DNA of 47,577 bases, taken from NCBI GenBank assembly GCA_000934665.2, contig KZ538796.1, positions 1-47,577 on the forward strand. Direction: 5' to 3'. This DNA is from Catajapyx aquilonaris (taxonomy: Eukaryota). Below, piece after piece: positions 46,749-47,577 of this stretch. The notes beneath the pieces are model-generated. The model made no database searches. It saw only the letters and a list, made by a program, of their open reading frames with translations, and was not told the DNA's origin. Position numbers and translations under genes: made by a program. Each line of letters begins with the position of its first letter. Positions within the stretch are counted from its first letter, which is position 1.

Positions 46749-47450
46749 GTCACTTGATACTATAGTCATAGTGTACGACCTACTTCCTAACAACCGGACT
46801 TCAACGGGACTGTACGGACTTCGCCTGGACTTCGCGGACTTTATGGACTTCAGTGGGACTCCACGGATTTTGTCCGGACTTCACTCGGATTTCGAACTTC
46901 GCCTGGGCCTCGCCTGGACCTCACCTGGACCCAGTGGCGGATCCAGCAATTTTTTCTAGGGGGCGCAGGGCCCGCCGCAGGCGAAAAATTTTCGGTTCAT
47001 GGTCACAATTCTTCCTCGCGACCCCAAATTTGGGGCAAAAAGGAAAAGAACCCATAGAACAGTGCAATTTTGCACTGTTCTAGAGGATTTTTGTGAGTTT
47101 TCCCCCAGTTTTTTATTTTCTTCCGTTTTTTTCCCTAGCTGGGGGAGCCATAAGGGGGGGGGGGGGCGATCGCCCCTTCGCCCCCCTGGATCCGCCCCTG
47201 CCTGGACCTCGCAAACTTCAACTGGATTTCCTGAACTTCAGTGGGACTCCACGGATTTTGTCCGGACGTCACTCGGACTTCGGACTTCGCCTGAGCCTCG
47301 CCTGGACCTCGCAAACTTCAACTGGATTTCCTGAACTTCAGTGGGACTCCACGGATTTTGTCCGGACGTCACTCGGACTTCGGACTTCGCCTGGACTTCG
47401 CCTGGATTTCAATAGGACTTCGGCCTGGGTGTACGAAGGACTTTATAAGT
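46749..47450 (-). mobile_element. Expanded relative of the 4540-4745 MITE with a 100-bp tandem duplication
   Basis: gtcacttgatactatag...gtgtacgaaggactttataagt mirror the ends of the 4540 element; 47201-47300 and 47301-47400 are near-identical. Confidence 0.75.
46932..47200. mobile_element. hAT-type MITE nested in a ggact-repeat element
   Basis: cagtggcggatccag ... ctggatccgcccctg; perfect 8-bp TSD cctggacc at 46924-46931 and 47201-47208. Confidence 0.93.
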
Positions 47451-47577
47451 CCGGTTTTTTCAAGAGTATTGCTCATTGTGAGTAGTATATATATGCGGCT
47501 CATGAGACAATGGATCATCAATCACTCGTTGACAGCTCACTTCCGGTCTAATCCATTGTTCTCGAACACCTGCTTCC

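Overview
AT-rich metazoan (arthropod-like) genomic DNA. The only protein-coding gene I can support is a Dpr-family two-Ig-domain neuronal cell-surface gene on the minus strand. From recall it is closest to Drosophila dpr13. Five coding exons reconstruct with GT-AG junctions and consistent phase: 43268-42931, 37459-37358, 31952-31844, 31478-31194 and 25046-24853 (about 342 aa). The signal-peptide exon is not visible and probably lies beyond the window. The rest is a dense, nested collection of short non-autonomous mobile elements and tandem arrays: three tRNA-derived SINE families, Helitron and DINE-1/Helentron-like elements, and hAT/P-, Tc1/pogo-, Harbinger- and TTAA-type MITEs, many with clear target-site duplications (TSDs). 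No autonomous transposase or RT, intact tRNA/rRNA or CRISPR array was recognised. The most unusual pattern is that at least six repeat contexts with different flanks share a GACCGTT(A)/TAACGGTC core matching the Myb consensus, and several elements have inserted at that core. Other repeats are built from RFX X-box-like or nuclear-receptor half-site motifs. All functional interpretations are inference, and family names come from recalled motifs, not database searches.
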